Origin: Squalus acanthias
Taxonomy: Eukaryota
Length of the DNA stretch: 64,000 nucleotides
Reading direction: 5' to 3'
Assembly: GCA_030390025.1 (NCBI GenBank)
Contig: CM059431.1
Span: 98,766,001 to 98,830,000 of the forward strand
Part shown: piece by piece, positions 52,122 to 64,000 of the stretch
Layout: every line of letters starts with the position of its first letter
Numbering within the stretch: the first letter of the stretch is position 1
Made by a program: the position numbers and the translations under genes
Notes under the pieces: model-generated
Seen by the model: the letters and a program-made list of their open reading frames with translations, nothing else
What the model was told of the DNA's origin: nothing
The model's database searches: none

Positions 52122-53058
52122 AGTGGGGTACCGCGAGGATCAGTACTTGGGCCTCAGCTATTCACAATTTACATCAATGATTTGGATGAGGGGACCAAAT
52201 GTAATATATCCAAGTTTGCTGATGATACAAAGCTGGGTGGGAATGTAAGTTATGAGGAGGATGCGAAGAGGCTTCAAGGGGATATAGACAGGCTAAGTGA
52301 GTGGGCAAGAACATGGCAAATGGAATATAATGTGCAGAAATGTGAAGTTATCCACTTTGGTAGGAAAAATAGAAAAGCAGGGTATCTTTTAAATGATGAG
52401 AGATTGGGAAATGTTGGTGTTCAGAGGGACCTGGGTGTCCTTGTACACAAATCACAAAGTTAACATGCAGTTACAGCAAGCAATTAGGAAAGCAAATAGT
52501 ATGTTGGCCATTATTACAAGAGGATTTGAGTATAAGAGTAAAGACGTCTGACTGCAATTATATAGGGCCCTGGTGAGACCACACCTGGAGTATTGTGTAC
52601 AGTTTTGGTCTCCTTACCTAAGGAAGGATTACTTGCCATAGAGGGAATGCAACGAAGGTTCACCAGACTGGTTCCTGGGATGGGGGATTGTCCTATGAGG
52701 AGAGATGGAGTAGACTAGGCCTATATTCTCTAGAGTTTAGAAGAATGGGGAGTTTAGAAGCAGGAGTCACAGTCTCAATAAGGGGTCGGCCATTTAGGAC
52801 TGAGTTGAGGAGAAATTTCTTCACTCAGAGGGTGGTGAATCTTTGGAATTCTCTACCCCAGAGGGCTGTGGAGGCTCAGTCACTGAGTATATTCAAGACA
52901 GAGATCGACAGATTTTTGAATATTAAGGGAATCAAGAGATATGGGGATAGTGCAGGAAAGTGGAGTTGAGGTAGAAGATCAGCCATGATCTTATTGAATG
53001 GCGGAGCAGGCGCGAGGGGCCAAATGGCCTACTCCTGCTCCTATTTCTTATGTTCTTA
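52122..53058 (+). mobile_element. CR1 LINE 3' fragment
   Basis: SGVPRGSVLGP, FADD, frameshifts, internal deletion, CR1 tail. Confidence 0.92.
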
Positions 53059-53210
53059 TAAAGTTGAGGGGAAGCTGAACAAGAATGGTATTATTGGTAG
53101 AAATATGGAAGTCTGGCTTACATGCTAAGACCCTGCATATTGTTATACAAGACTGATAGTCTTCTTGTTAAGTCCACTGTCTGTATTCCCGTTTTTTAAA
53201 AATAGACAGT

Positions 53211-53876
53211 GGCCTAGGAATTGGATCACGCTGCGCTCGTTTAACAGGCGCAAAATGGACGCATAAGGTCCAATATGGCAGGCAATGTGTGCGAACTCAT
53301 TCCGCACCGGTAGTGCATCACCTGCCGTAATGGTTAGTGCACCATTGTAGGCATCTAGGACGTGTACCTGAAACAGGCGTTGGGCATATGCAAAGAACCT
53401 AACGACTATCTGAGGATCCCTTTGCAAAATTCAATTACGACTGACCACAGCATGTGCCGTGAATGTTGCGGTCAGTTTCTTCAGGCACTTAGCAGCCAAA
53501 CCAGCAGTCCTTATAGGACCACTGAAGGCTGCCACAAGAAAGGCAAGTTTCAATTTTCTTTTTAAACTTACCTTATTGCGGAGCTGAGCGGAGGAGTGGT
53601 TCTCCTGCCCCACATTAAATCCGAGGGCTGTTGCCGGCCACTGCTCGCCCTCCTCCCAATTGCTGCCCCCCCCCCTCCAGGACTCTCCCAAGGCCCTCGG
53701 CTGGCATCTTAGCCAGTTGATCTTGCTGCCCCCCCGTGACTGGCGAACTGGGTAATGAGCAAACAATGGCCGGCGCGCTGATTGGCCGCGGTCCTGCCGC
53801 TGGCCCCATTAGGCACGCGCAGTGTGCGCTGCACCGGGATCATGCACCAATTCATCCACGATCCAATTTCTGGGCC
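53211..53876. mobile_element. MITE with 3-bp TSD (Harbinger-like)
   Basis: TIR ggcctaggaattggatc / gatccaatttctgggcc; agt duplicated on both sides. Confidence 0.8.
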
Positions 53877-54714
53877 AGTTTCCCTTTCAATAGTTGTGCC
53901 AGGCTGCGCATGAGCAGGTAGAGTTCCTGTTGATCAGGCAGTATACAAAGGCACTTTAATACTTGGCATTTAGTTGAGGACACTGGAAACCAACATCCTT
54001 GTACTGGCTCTCTGCATTTACAAAGTCACAGCTGGCAGTGGCACTAGTGAGACAGTGTAATAGTACACGCAACTTATACAATAAAAGGAATGGAGCAATC
54101 ATGAGATTGCTTTATACTCAGTCACATGTATTAACCATTTTTTTAAAAACCCACTCAGCCTTCCCATTTGATATTTTGCAATTATAGTTTGTATTTCCAT
54201 TACTGCTACTAATTTATTGCTACAATTATCACCAAGTTTCGCTGTGCAGTTGTGGAAGCTGCATTTTCCACAATTGCTGCTAATTTTTAAAAGCGGCAAG
54301 TTACATTTAGCTAAACTAAGTTTATAATAGTCAGCCAGTAAGAAAATAGAGGAATAATACCTTGTGAATAATAATAATTCAGCATATATAATTGGCTTGC
54401 CAATTAGACAACTAATGAAAGCTGACCAGCAGCTTCAAAACGTCCCGACATTTCAAATTCAAATACGTCTCTGAATACAAGTCTATAATATGCAAAACAA
54501 GTAATAATGCATAGTACAGTGGGACATAGGCTTGTAACTTAACGAATATGAATGGCTAACATTCCTTCACTCATAATGGGGGGGGGGGGGGGGGAACGAG
54601 TGCATCAAAGCCTGAAAGGGATGCCAGTGTTAAAGGTACAAGATTTATTTCCTACAAAAATTATTTTAAAAATTCAGTGCATTGTCAATATTTTGGAATC
54701 TACAATAAACATGA

Positions 54715-55128
54715 GCATTGCAGTTCTGGTCTCCATATTACAAAAAGGATATAGAAGCACTAGAGAAAGTGCAAAAAAGATTTACAAAGAGGATACAAAA
54801 CCTGAGCAGGTATAACTATCAGGAAAGTTTGAACACTCTGGGGCTCTTTTCCCTAGAAAACAGAAGGCTGAGGGGTGACCTGATAAAGATCTTTAAAATT
54901 ATGAAGGGGTTTGATAGGGTAGACAGAGAAAAGATGTTGCCACTTCTGGGAGAGTCCAAAACTAAGATAAATCCAATAAGGAATTCAGGAGAAACCTCTT
55001 GAGAGTGGTGAGAATGTGGAACTCGCTACCACAGGAAGTGGTTGAGGAGAATAGTATAGAGGCATTTAAGGAGAAGCTAGATGAGCACATGAAGGAGAAA
55101 GGAATAGAAGGTTATGTTGATAAGGTTA
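54715..55128 (+). mobile_element. Old CR1 fragment
   Basis: QFWSPYYKKDIEALEKVQKRFT, LFSLENRRLRGDLI. Confidence 0.8.
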
Positions 55129-55130
55129 GA

Positions 55131-55463
55131 AGGTCCCACAAACAGCAATGAGATGATGGCCGGAGATTCTTTTTTGGTGATGTTGGTTGAGGGATGGATG
55201 TTGGTCGGGACGCTGGGGGTGGCACCCCTGCTCTTCTTCGAGGTGGCGGCCGTGGGATCTTTTGCGCTCACCTGAGAGAGCGGGCGGGGCCTCGGTTTGG
55301 TGTCTCATCCGAGGGACGGCGCCTCCGGCGGTGCGGCACTCCCTCAATGTTGCACTGGAGTGTCAGCCTGGATTTTTGTGCTCGGGTCTCTGGAGTGGGA
55401 CTTGAACCCACGGCCTTCTGGCTCTGGGGCGCGAGTGCAGCCCACTGAGCCACGGCTGACACT
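55131..55463 (-). mobile_element. Deu-domain SINE copy
   Basis: Colinear with 51-427, more GC-rich variant, 3'-clipped. Confidence 0.8.
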
Positions 55464-55968
55464 GGAGGGCTGTGGCCATTGAGGAAAGTGGGGAGATCTC
55501 CGAAAAAGCAAGGAGAATAAACAAACAGCCTCTTACTTATGTGGAGGTGGGAGGGCGAGTCATTTTAATCTGAAGAGCCTAGCGTCCCCCAAAAGGTAGG
55601 GTCCTCCTGTTAATACTTAACGCATCTCAGATTGGATAAATGGTAAATAATACGAAACAGAGGGCACATGTTCAGTGGGTGCTGTTATTATGGGTTAGTA
55701 ACTCATCTGACATTATTATTATGTATACAAATGGATGTCCCATAGGTTTTGTCTGGGGCTGCACTTAATCTTTTTAATGATAAGTTTGAATGAAAACTAA
55801 GATAAAGTTTCAAAACAAATGCATGGTTAAAGTTTGCACTGTAACAGGTTCAGTATCTGCCAAATGCACAACTTTTCACAAACGACTGATGTTGACTTTT
55901 TTTTCTGTTTTCAAAAGGAAACATTTTGTCCCCTCGTTTTCTAACCATCCTGGGGCACGGTTACACAC

Positions 55969-56961
55969 TAGGGTCGGCAACTCTGGTTGAATGTGTTCCT
56001 GGAGGTTTCATCACATGACCTCCTGCCCCGCACCCCCCCCCCCCCAACGCTCCCGCCATTGGCCGCCCAGCACGTCCATCCTCGCGGCGCACAGCCTTCC
56101 CACAGCCAATTGGAAACCAAACAGACTCTTCATTTCCCGATTGGATGATTGTGGCCACAAGAGCAGGTCAGAGGCTGGGTATTCTGTGGTGATTGTCTCA
56201 CCTCCTGACTCCCCAAAGCCTTTCCACCATCTACAAGGCACCAGTAAGGAGTGTGATGGAATACTCTCCACTTGCCTGGATGAGTGCAGCTCCAACAACA
56301 CTCAAGAAGCTCAACACCATCCAGGACAAAGCAGCGCGCTTGATTGGCACCCCATCCACCACCTTAAACATTCACTCCCTCCACCACCGGCGTACCGTGG
56401 CTGCAGTGTGTACCATCTACAAGATGCACTGCAGCAACTCGCCAAGGCTTCTTCGACAGCACCTCCCAAACCTGCGACCTCTTCCACCTAAAAGGACAAG
56501 GGCAGCAGGCGCATGGGAACATCACCACTTCCAAGTTCCCCTCCAAGTCACACACCATCCTGACTTGGAAGTATATCACCGTTCCTTCATTGTCGCTGGG
56601 TCAAAATACTGGAACTCCCTCCCTAACAGCACTGTGGGAGCACCTTCACCACACAGACTGCAGCGGTTCAAGAAGGCGGCTCAAGGGCTACTAGGGATGG
56701 GCAATAAATGCTGGCCTTGCCAGTGATGCCCACATCCTATGAACGAATAATAAAAAAAAATTCTTGAATGTCAGTCAAACAGCCATTTTCCCATCTCCAA
56801 TACTTTTAGAACTAATAAACAAAAGTATTTAAAAGAAAAACCCACTTTTTTAATTGCCCCGATGATTTTCCTCCCTGGGGTTGCTGGCAGCAGTGTCCTG
56901 GAGAGATTAGTCTTCCACTCCTGGGGACTCCAGGGCATTCCCGGAGGGTTGGCGACCCCTA
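55969..56961. mobile_element. hAT-like non-autonomous element with nested LINE fragment
   Basis: TIR tagggtcggcaac / gttggcgaccccta; flanks ttacacac / ttccacag (6/8 match). Confidence 0.55.
56155..56761 (+). mobile_element. Second CR1-group LINE family, 3' fragment
   Basis: TIYKAPVRSVMEYSPLAW..IQDKAARLI..WNSLP..LQRFKKAA with an A-rich tail; other pieces at ~1765-1870(-), 15650-15830(-), 50080-50620(+), 59105-59195(-). Confidence 0.85.
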
Positions 56962-57164
56962 TTCCACAGGCACTAGCAGCCCTCGGGGGTCTTGCCCAAG
57001 TGGCCAGTTTTCGCGTCATTACCTGGACAGCGCGCTCTAAGTTCTCCGCTGCAGTTACACCCGCTCCCTGTGGAACTACTCCGAATGTCTCAGAAAATTC
57101 TTCGGGGCTAGCTCTGTTGGTTTCCTACTCTTTCCCAGTGATTCCAGGAGAAGAGGGGGGAGGC

Positions 57165-57645
57165 TGAGGTTAGATTTAATCGAGGTGTTCAAAATCATGA
57201 AGGGTTTTGATGGAGTAAATAAGGAGAAACTGTTTCCAGTGGCAGGAGGGTCGGTAACCAGAGGACACAGATTTAAAGTCATTGGCAAAAGAACCAACGG
57301 GGAGATGAGGAAAATTTATTTTTACGCAGCGAGTTGTTGTGATCTGGAACGCGCTGCCTGAAAGGGCGGTGGAAGCAGATTCAATAGTAACTTTCAAAAG
57401 GGAATTGGATAAATACTTGAAAAGGAAAAAAATTGCAGGGCGATGGGGAAAGAGCAGGGGGGAGTGAGACTAATTGTATAGCTCTTTCAAAGAGCCGGCA
57501 CAGGCACGATGGGCCGAATGGCCTCCTTCTGTGCTGTAAGTTTCAGTGAAGATGAAATAAGGTGGGAGGAGGCTCCTGTTGAGCATAAACACTGGCAGGA
57601 CCATTGGGCCAAATGGCCTCTTTCTGTGCTGTAAAATTCTATGTA
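57165..57645 (+). mobile_element. CR1 3' end with duplicated tail
   Basis: DLIEVFKIMKG..TRGH..WNALP; two successive atggcc...tgtgctgtaa tails; further short CR1 ends at ~8592-8985, 28020-28240, 51765-51900, 58960-59090, 60090-60390, 61590-61750 and 63908-64000. Confidence 0.8.
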
Positions 57646-57842
57646 ATTGCATTTTCACCCCCACCCCATCTAAAAAAAAGGAGCATTTGCTTAACGTGAT
57701 TGAAAAGTACTCTCTACTTGTCGTAAAGCAATTACTTTTATAAAATGTAAAATATCTCACAGTAGCTGCAGATAAACCTTAATTTCCTTTTAAAAAAATG
57801 CCCAATAGTAAATAGGGGATCTGCACCCTCTCCTATTAACCA

Positions 57843-58435
57843 TGATGTGGAGATGCCGGCGTTGGACTGGGGTGGACAAAAATGAGAAGTCGCACAACAC
57901 CAGGTTATAGTCCAACAGATTTATTTAATTTTACAAGCTTTCGGAGCTGTCGCTCCTTCCTCAGGTAAGTTAGCAGTGAGAGAATCTCCCAGAATTCACA
58001 ATTTAAACACAGACAAAATCTATTCAAATATTTCCCTACATCAAAGACATCGCACTCATGAGGATGGCCTCAATCGCGATATCGGGTTCATGTCACGATA
58101 CAGAACGTGACTTGACATCATGGCCGGTCTTCCCAGGTGGTTTTTTTTAAAAAAAGACTAACACAAGAACCAACACAAATTGACAGGATATGCAGCCAGC
58201 AGGTGGTTTGACACGTTGGACCCCCTGGGACACATCTCATTGTCTTGGCTGTGCTCTTAGTGTGTCTTTGATGTAGGGAAATATTTGAATAGATTTTGTC
58301 CGTGTTTAAATTGTGAATTCTGGGAGATTCTCTCACTGCTAACTTACCTGAGGAAGGAGCGACAGCTCCGAAAGCTTGTAAAATTAAATAAATCTGTTGG
58401 ACTATAACCTGGTGTTGTGCGACTTCTCATTTTTG
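57843..58435. mobile_element. Inverted Penelope-like insertion, diverged subfamily
   Basis: Left arm 57843-58049 inverted relative to the right arm; 58050-58110 encodes RTHEDGLNRDIGFMSRYRT*; TSD tcctattaacca at 57831-57842 and 58436-58447. Confidence 0.9.
58344..58381 (+). ncRNA. Minimal type-I hammerhead ribozyme motif (PLE)
   Basis: UUAC-CUGAGGA-aGGAGC gaca GCUCC-GAAAGCUU-GUAA; mirror copy on the minus strand at 57931-57968. Confidence 0.78.
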
Positions 58436-60439
58436 TCCTATTAACCAGATAGGATCATTCCAGTCAGGGCCATGTACAACAAAATTAAAGCTGTATACAC
58501 CCTTTTCAAATGCTTCCCAAAGTTAATGCTGGCAATGCCCACTTTCCCCTTACCCCACTTCAACCTGGCACTCACCCCCCACCAGTTCAAGTTGTCATGC
58601 TATTTCCCACTAACAGCCCCAGTTAATGCCATGAGCAATTTGAGTCAGAGATTGGTATAGTCCTTATAGGGAAAATCACAAACAACAAAAACACACACAA
58701 GATAACATGCCCACAAGGGCACGGTGCATTGCACATTACAGAACGGCTTTTGTTCTGTACATACACACGCAACTATACATCCGTGATCAGATTGATTTTC
58801 ATTTAAACAAAAGGAACCATTTCTTTCTTTCATCCACTTGCCAACAGCTGCTCCCTTCGTGACCACACTGCCACCTATAAAACATGAAGACAAGAGACCT
58901 AATCTAACTAATAAAAGCCATTCCCACAATTCAAGCTATGACAACTACAAGAGTAAGTCATAGAATCATAGAGTAGTACAGCACAGAAGGAGGTCATTCG
59001 GCCCACTGAGTCTGCGCCGGCTCTTTCAAAGAGCAATCCAGTTAGTCCCACTCCAGCGCTCTTTCCCCAAATCCCTGCAATTCTTTCCTCCTTTCTAATT
59101 TTTTTAATATTCATTCACGGGATGTGGGTGTCGCTGGCAAGCTAGCATTTATTGCCCATCCCGAATTGTCCTTGAGAAGGTGGGGGTGAGCCGCCCAGTC
59201 ATTCTTGTTACTTGGCTGAGCACGCCAATATCACATTCACCACTCAGCTATCTACATGTAATTCAAGTGAAGTTGATCATTTTTGGAACCAGTTATAACA
59301 TAAACTGCATCCAACAGTCACAGGTGAGAATGTTTATACAAAGTGACCGACACTCGGATTATCCAGCTGTCCATTAGCTGCCTAGATAGGGACTGGTCAC
59401 TGACATAACTCTATTGACCCCTGACAGACAAGCCCACTCACCAAGAATAGAATCCCAGATTTCTAATATCAAACAAGTTACAGCAGATTTGAAATGCAGC
59501 TTCTGTAGACTAGCACAAAGACAAGTACTTCACCACCTCAACATTACAAAAAACAAATCAGTGCTTAATACAAGCCATCTTTCTTCAGCTTCAGGCGAAA
59601 ACAAAGAAACAGCAGAAGCCAGTTTAATTTTGCAAAGTAGCAAAGCCCTTCCTGATTAATTTGGTAAAACATTACCTGTCCCGTTCCGCACCCTTGCTAG
59701 CATGACGTGCTGACATTTGTACACATAGCAGCAGTTGTGTAAAACCTGCTGAACATGGAAGCTGCAAATGCTGAAGGTTGAAGTGGGAGGTTTTAAGGGT
59801 CAAAGTTCACATCAGTGCTGCCGGTTCCTGTAAAGATTGGTGATTTCAGGTGGATCGGGGTTACTGGGTGTGACATACATAGTTCTTACTTTCAGCTCGA
59901 CTTTCAGTAGCATGAAGAAATACGGCTTTGTTAGCTTAAGAGAACGTACTTCTATTTAACCATCTGTTGTGCTAAGATAAGTTGCTGTTACCTGCTGTTG
60001 CTACGCTTTTAAATATTACTCAAATAGATTATATTAATTTTCAATCAGTCCTCTTAATTTTAAACTGAAAACTCTTCTATCTCTTTTATAGAATCCTAGA
60101 ATGGTTACAGCACAGAAGGCGGCCATTTGGCCTGTCGAGCCCGTGCCGGCTCTCTGCAAGAGCACTTCAGCTAGTCCCACTCCCCCGCCCTTTCCTCATA
60201 GCCCTGCAAATTGTTTTCCCTCAGCTGCTTATCCAATTACCTTTTGAGAGCCACGATTGAGTCTGCCTCCACCACCCTTTCAAGCAGTGCATTCCAGATC
60301 CCAACCACTGGCTGTGTAAAAAAGTTTTTCCTCCTTTGGTTGTTTTGCCAATCACCTTAAATCTGTGTCCTCTGGTCCTCGACCCTTCCACCAAATTATT
60401 AATTTTGACAAGCGGATATTAAAAAGCTGAACCATGTTA

Positions 60440-61330
60440 AATATCTGCGAGGAGGATACCGAGAAACTCCAGATGATTTGGACAGGTTGGGTGAGTGGGC
60501 AGAAGCGTGGCAGATGCAATATAACGTGGATAAGTGCGAGGTTATCCACTTTGGTGTCAAAAACAGAAAGGCAGACTATTATCTGAATGGCAATAGATTG
60601 GGAGAAGGGGAAGTGCAACGAGACCTGGGTGTCCTTGTGCACCAGTCGCTGAAAGTAAGCATGCAGGTGCAGCAGGCGGTGAAGAAGGCAAATGGTATGT
60701 TGGCCTTCATAGCGAAAGGGTTTGAGTATAGGAACAGGGATGTCCTGCTGCAGTTGTACAGGGCCTTGGTGAGACCACACCTTGAGTACTGTGTGCAGTT
60801 TTGGTCGCCTTATCTGAGGAAGGATGTTCTTGCCATGGAAGAGTTCAGCGAAGATTCACAAGGCTGATACCTGGGATGGCAGGAATGACATATGAGGAGA
60901 GATTGGGTCGATTGGGCTTATACTCGCTGGAGTATAGAAGAATGAGAGGGGATCTCATCGAAACATATAAAATTCTGACAGGTCTGGACAAACTAGATGC
61001 AGGAAGAATGTTCCCGATGGTCGGAGAGTCCAGAACCAGGGGTCATAATCTAAGGATAACGGGTAAGCCATTTAGGACAGAAATGAGGAAGAATTTCTTC
61101 ACCCAGAGAGTGGTGAACCTGTGGAATTCTCTACCACAGAAGGTAGTTGAGGCCAAGTCATTAAATATATTCAAGAATGAGTTAGATATATTTCTTAAAG
61201 CTAAAGGTATCAAGGGATATGGGGAGAAGGCAGGTACAGGGTACTGAGTTTGGATGATCAGCCATGATCTCATCGAATGGCGGAGCAGGCTCGAGGGGCC
61301 AAATGGCCTACTCCTGCTCCTATCTTCTAA
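60440..61330 (+). mobile_element. CR1 LINE 3' fragment
   Basis: ORFs 60478-60867 and 60801-61247. Confidence 0.92.
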
Positions 61331-62618
61331 CAAAAGTTAAAAAATGAACCCTGTGAGAATTATAATTTTAGTATTGTATAAGCTAAATTATTCATGATCA
61401 AGCAGATATCTGCTACCTTATACAAACCCATTCAATTGTGTTATTTTATTTTAGTACATTTATAAAATATCAATTGGTCACTGATTTTCTTTATTTAGAG
61501 TGTTGGTGACTCCTAGTAAGTACTGGAAGAAGAACTCTGGCAGTGGGGATGCTCAAATGCAAGCTTGGAGCTCTCCTTAATGGAACTTTTTGCAAGATAA
61601 GGGAGAGAAAGGTTATGGGGAGCGAAAGGTTATGGGGAGCGGGCTGGGAAGTGGCTTTGAGCCCAAGATCAGCCATGATCTTATTGAATGGCGGAGCAGG
61701 CTCGAGGAGCCAAGTGGCCTACTCCTGCTCCTATTTCTTATGTTCTTATGTTAACTTCATAACATGCAAGCAAGCAGTGAAAACATAGCTTAATGAAAAT
61801 TGAACTGCATTCTTTAGTGCAATACGAAACTGGCATTCAACCTTTTGTTCTTGCTAATTTTCCCCCTGCCATGCTATCCTGAAAGTGTTGACTCTTTCCT
61901 TGGATGCTGTTCTGTGGGCGCTCCAGTACTTGTCCCAAGTGGCCACTATTCAGGTTTGAGCCTTGATAGTAATTGTTGACAAGCAAGTTGACAATGGGGG
62001 TTAACAAGTCCAATCCTATCCTCACCTGCGACACAAACACACAATGGTCAGAACATCAATCAGGAGCAGGAAGCGGAGTTGTTCCTCCCCTTTCCCAATA
62101 CCAGAGATACTAAGACCAATTGTAACACTCCTCCCACTATCCTGGCTGAAATCAGGTAACTCAACAACGATAGGGTGTCAAATTTGGGAACTTCCTGGTC
62201 TGTTTGACTTGGGAGCTCATTGGATATACTGGCTAAACAATCACAGGAGTGCCCTCTCTTGGTTTTTTTGCCAATTTTCTCCCCTCCTGTCTTGAAGATA
62301 TTGAGTCTTCCACAAGAATGGTCAGCCTTCTGGTACTTTGTCTGTGTATTGATTCTTCATGTGTGAGCCTGGAAGGTCAGGCTACCTGACTGTATTCACT
62401 TAAAGGATGGCACATTGATTCAAGAGCTGGTTACAGAAATTGACACAGCAAATGAGTCAGCATCTGTAGCGAAGACAGACAGGTCAATGTTTCAGGCTGA
62501 GCTGTTCTTCAGAACTGAAAAATGAAAATATATACATCACTCATTAAACCTGTGTTCAGTTGGTGTCCTTGGATATCGCTGAGGTGTTGTGACCCATGGC
62601 TGCAGAGGATAACCGTAA

Positions 62619-63128
62619 TCATGCTAGGATCTGCCTTTGAGGGTCAAATATCGGTGGGATGGTCGGCTTCCTTAAAATGAAGACATTATGATAGCTGCCT
62701 AGGAATTGATCATTGGCCTGCATAATGAGCTGAACATTTAGAGAGTCGAATCCTTTCCTCCTCCTGTAGATAGTGGCATTGTGTGAAGTAGTATATCGAG
62801 CCATATGAATGCAATTTATAATCCCCTGGACCATTGGGAATCCTGCACGTTCCTCTTGTGCTGTCGTCGGTTGTGCAGAAAAGTTAACGATGGCTGTGAC
62901 CTTCACAGGTACTGGCAGTGCTGTGCCTGTGGGGGAGTTTGTCTGCAGGCCAACTTGGAGAGTGTGGCTCAACTCTGTCATGACTTTTCTTATAAACTGA
63001 AGCACAGGCACTGGCACTGCTCCTTTGATGAATGAATATATGTGCACCTTTACCTGTAGATTCTTGTGTGGGTGTGCCCATTGGTGTGGGTGCGGGAAGT
63101 CTCTGGGGCAGGCTGATCTGCCTGGCAT
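62619..63128 (-). pseudogene. Harbinger (HARBI1-like) DDE transposase remnant
   Basis: ALPVPVKVT..VNF; GFPMVQGIINCIH; RKGFDSLNVQL; GSYHNVFILR are decayed versions of GFP..GAIDCTH, RKGFHSLNVQ and PGS.HD.FIL; catalytic aspartates lost. Confidence 0.8.
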
Positions 63129-64000
63129 CGTTCAGTTGGTATTCTTTACCTTTTTAAAAAAAAATTAAGCATAGGGGGATTTATAGGAGGAAATCATTGA
63201 GTTACTTTGCTGGTGGTAGTTGAAAGATGTCAGTGTCTAAACGATTGCCCCAAGAGCTGCAGGCAACCTAAATGGCAACAGGAAAAAAACAAAGCCAAAA
63301 AAAAAATCCAAACATGCTCCAAATGCTTTTACCAATCTTAGTACCAGGTTCTTTCAAGCTACTTCTGTAAACAGCACTGCCTCTAGCAATCCTGGATGTC
63401 CATTTTATATATACGGTTACCCAGTGTTCGTGCTGAGAAACTGCATACATGATGCAATAAGGTCATTTTGACTTCATTTGCATGATCCGTCCATGAACTT
63501 TTGGGCACTTCTGGCACCCTTCAAACTTTGTATTGAGAAATTGGATACAGCACTAAATGGGTGTCACGTGTCTCTAAGCCCAATTTCCATTTGGTTTCCC
63601 CAATTTACTCCTCCTTATCGGGAAAACTGACCACAAAATCTACCCTAATATATGCAACAATCCCAATCCTGTTGTTCATTAAACTGTCAGACTGTTGAGA
63701 TTCTGTTCGCTGTGTAACCTTCAAATAAATTGATTTTTAACTTTAGAGTGCTTATGTATTACAGCAATAAACTGTCAGGAGTTTGCCAAAGACTTTGAAA
63801 GAGTTCAAGAACAATGTACTCTATTAAACAGTCATCTCAGTTACATGCATTACAAATTATGACTTGCGCTGTATAGTATTTTGCCTGTGTTTTGTTTTGC
63901 TTCTCAAATCATAGAATGACACAGCACAGAGGAGGCCAGTCGGCCCATAGTGCCTGTGCCGGCTCTTTGAAAGCGTTATCCAATTAGTCCCACTCTTTCC

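Noticed and set aside
62619-63128. Domesticated HARBI1 gene
   Set aside because: Catalytic aspartates are substituted and internal segments deleted; it is a decayed transposon
48482-64000. Upstream GRAM-domain exon (FFFTSF..RDR..LWQN type)
   Set aside because: No match found by eye; it probably lies outside the window, though a diverged exon could have been missed

Overview
Eukaryotic (vertebrate) genomic DNA, most likely from a shark or other chondrichthyan, judged from HE1-like V-SINE, Deu-domain SINE and shark-type CR1/L2 repeats. The only host gene is a GRAMD1C (Aster-C) orthologue on the minus strand. I assembled 12 phase-compatible GT-AG coding exons by hand (48481 down to the TAG stop at 5598; 1515 nt = 504 aa + stop). 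They cover the post-GRAM linker, the VASt/ASTER domain, the TM helix and the C-terminal helix. The GRAM-domain exons were not found and probably lie beyond 64000. The introns are packed with 5'-truncated CR1 and L2 LINEs, SINEs, PIF/Harbinger MITEs and remnants, a 1.1-kb solo LTR and a 31-bp minisatellite. The most striking structure is four independent tail-out palindromic Penelope-like (RT/GIY-YIG) insertions of 0.2-2.5 kb. Each has a 12-15 bp target-site duplication (exact in two, imperfect in two), a one-sided ~30-40 nt tail, and minimal hammerhead ribozyme motifs in both arms that show stem-I covariation. Inverted PLE copies and PLE hammerheads are known in general, so any novelty lies in the specific organisation and the hypotheses, not in the element class. 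All coordinates were counted by eye, and repeat boundaries are approximate.
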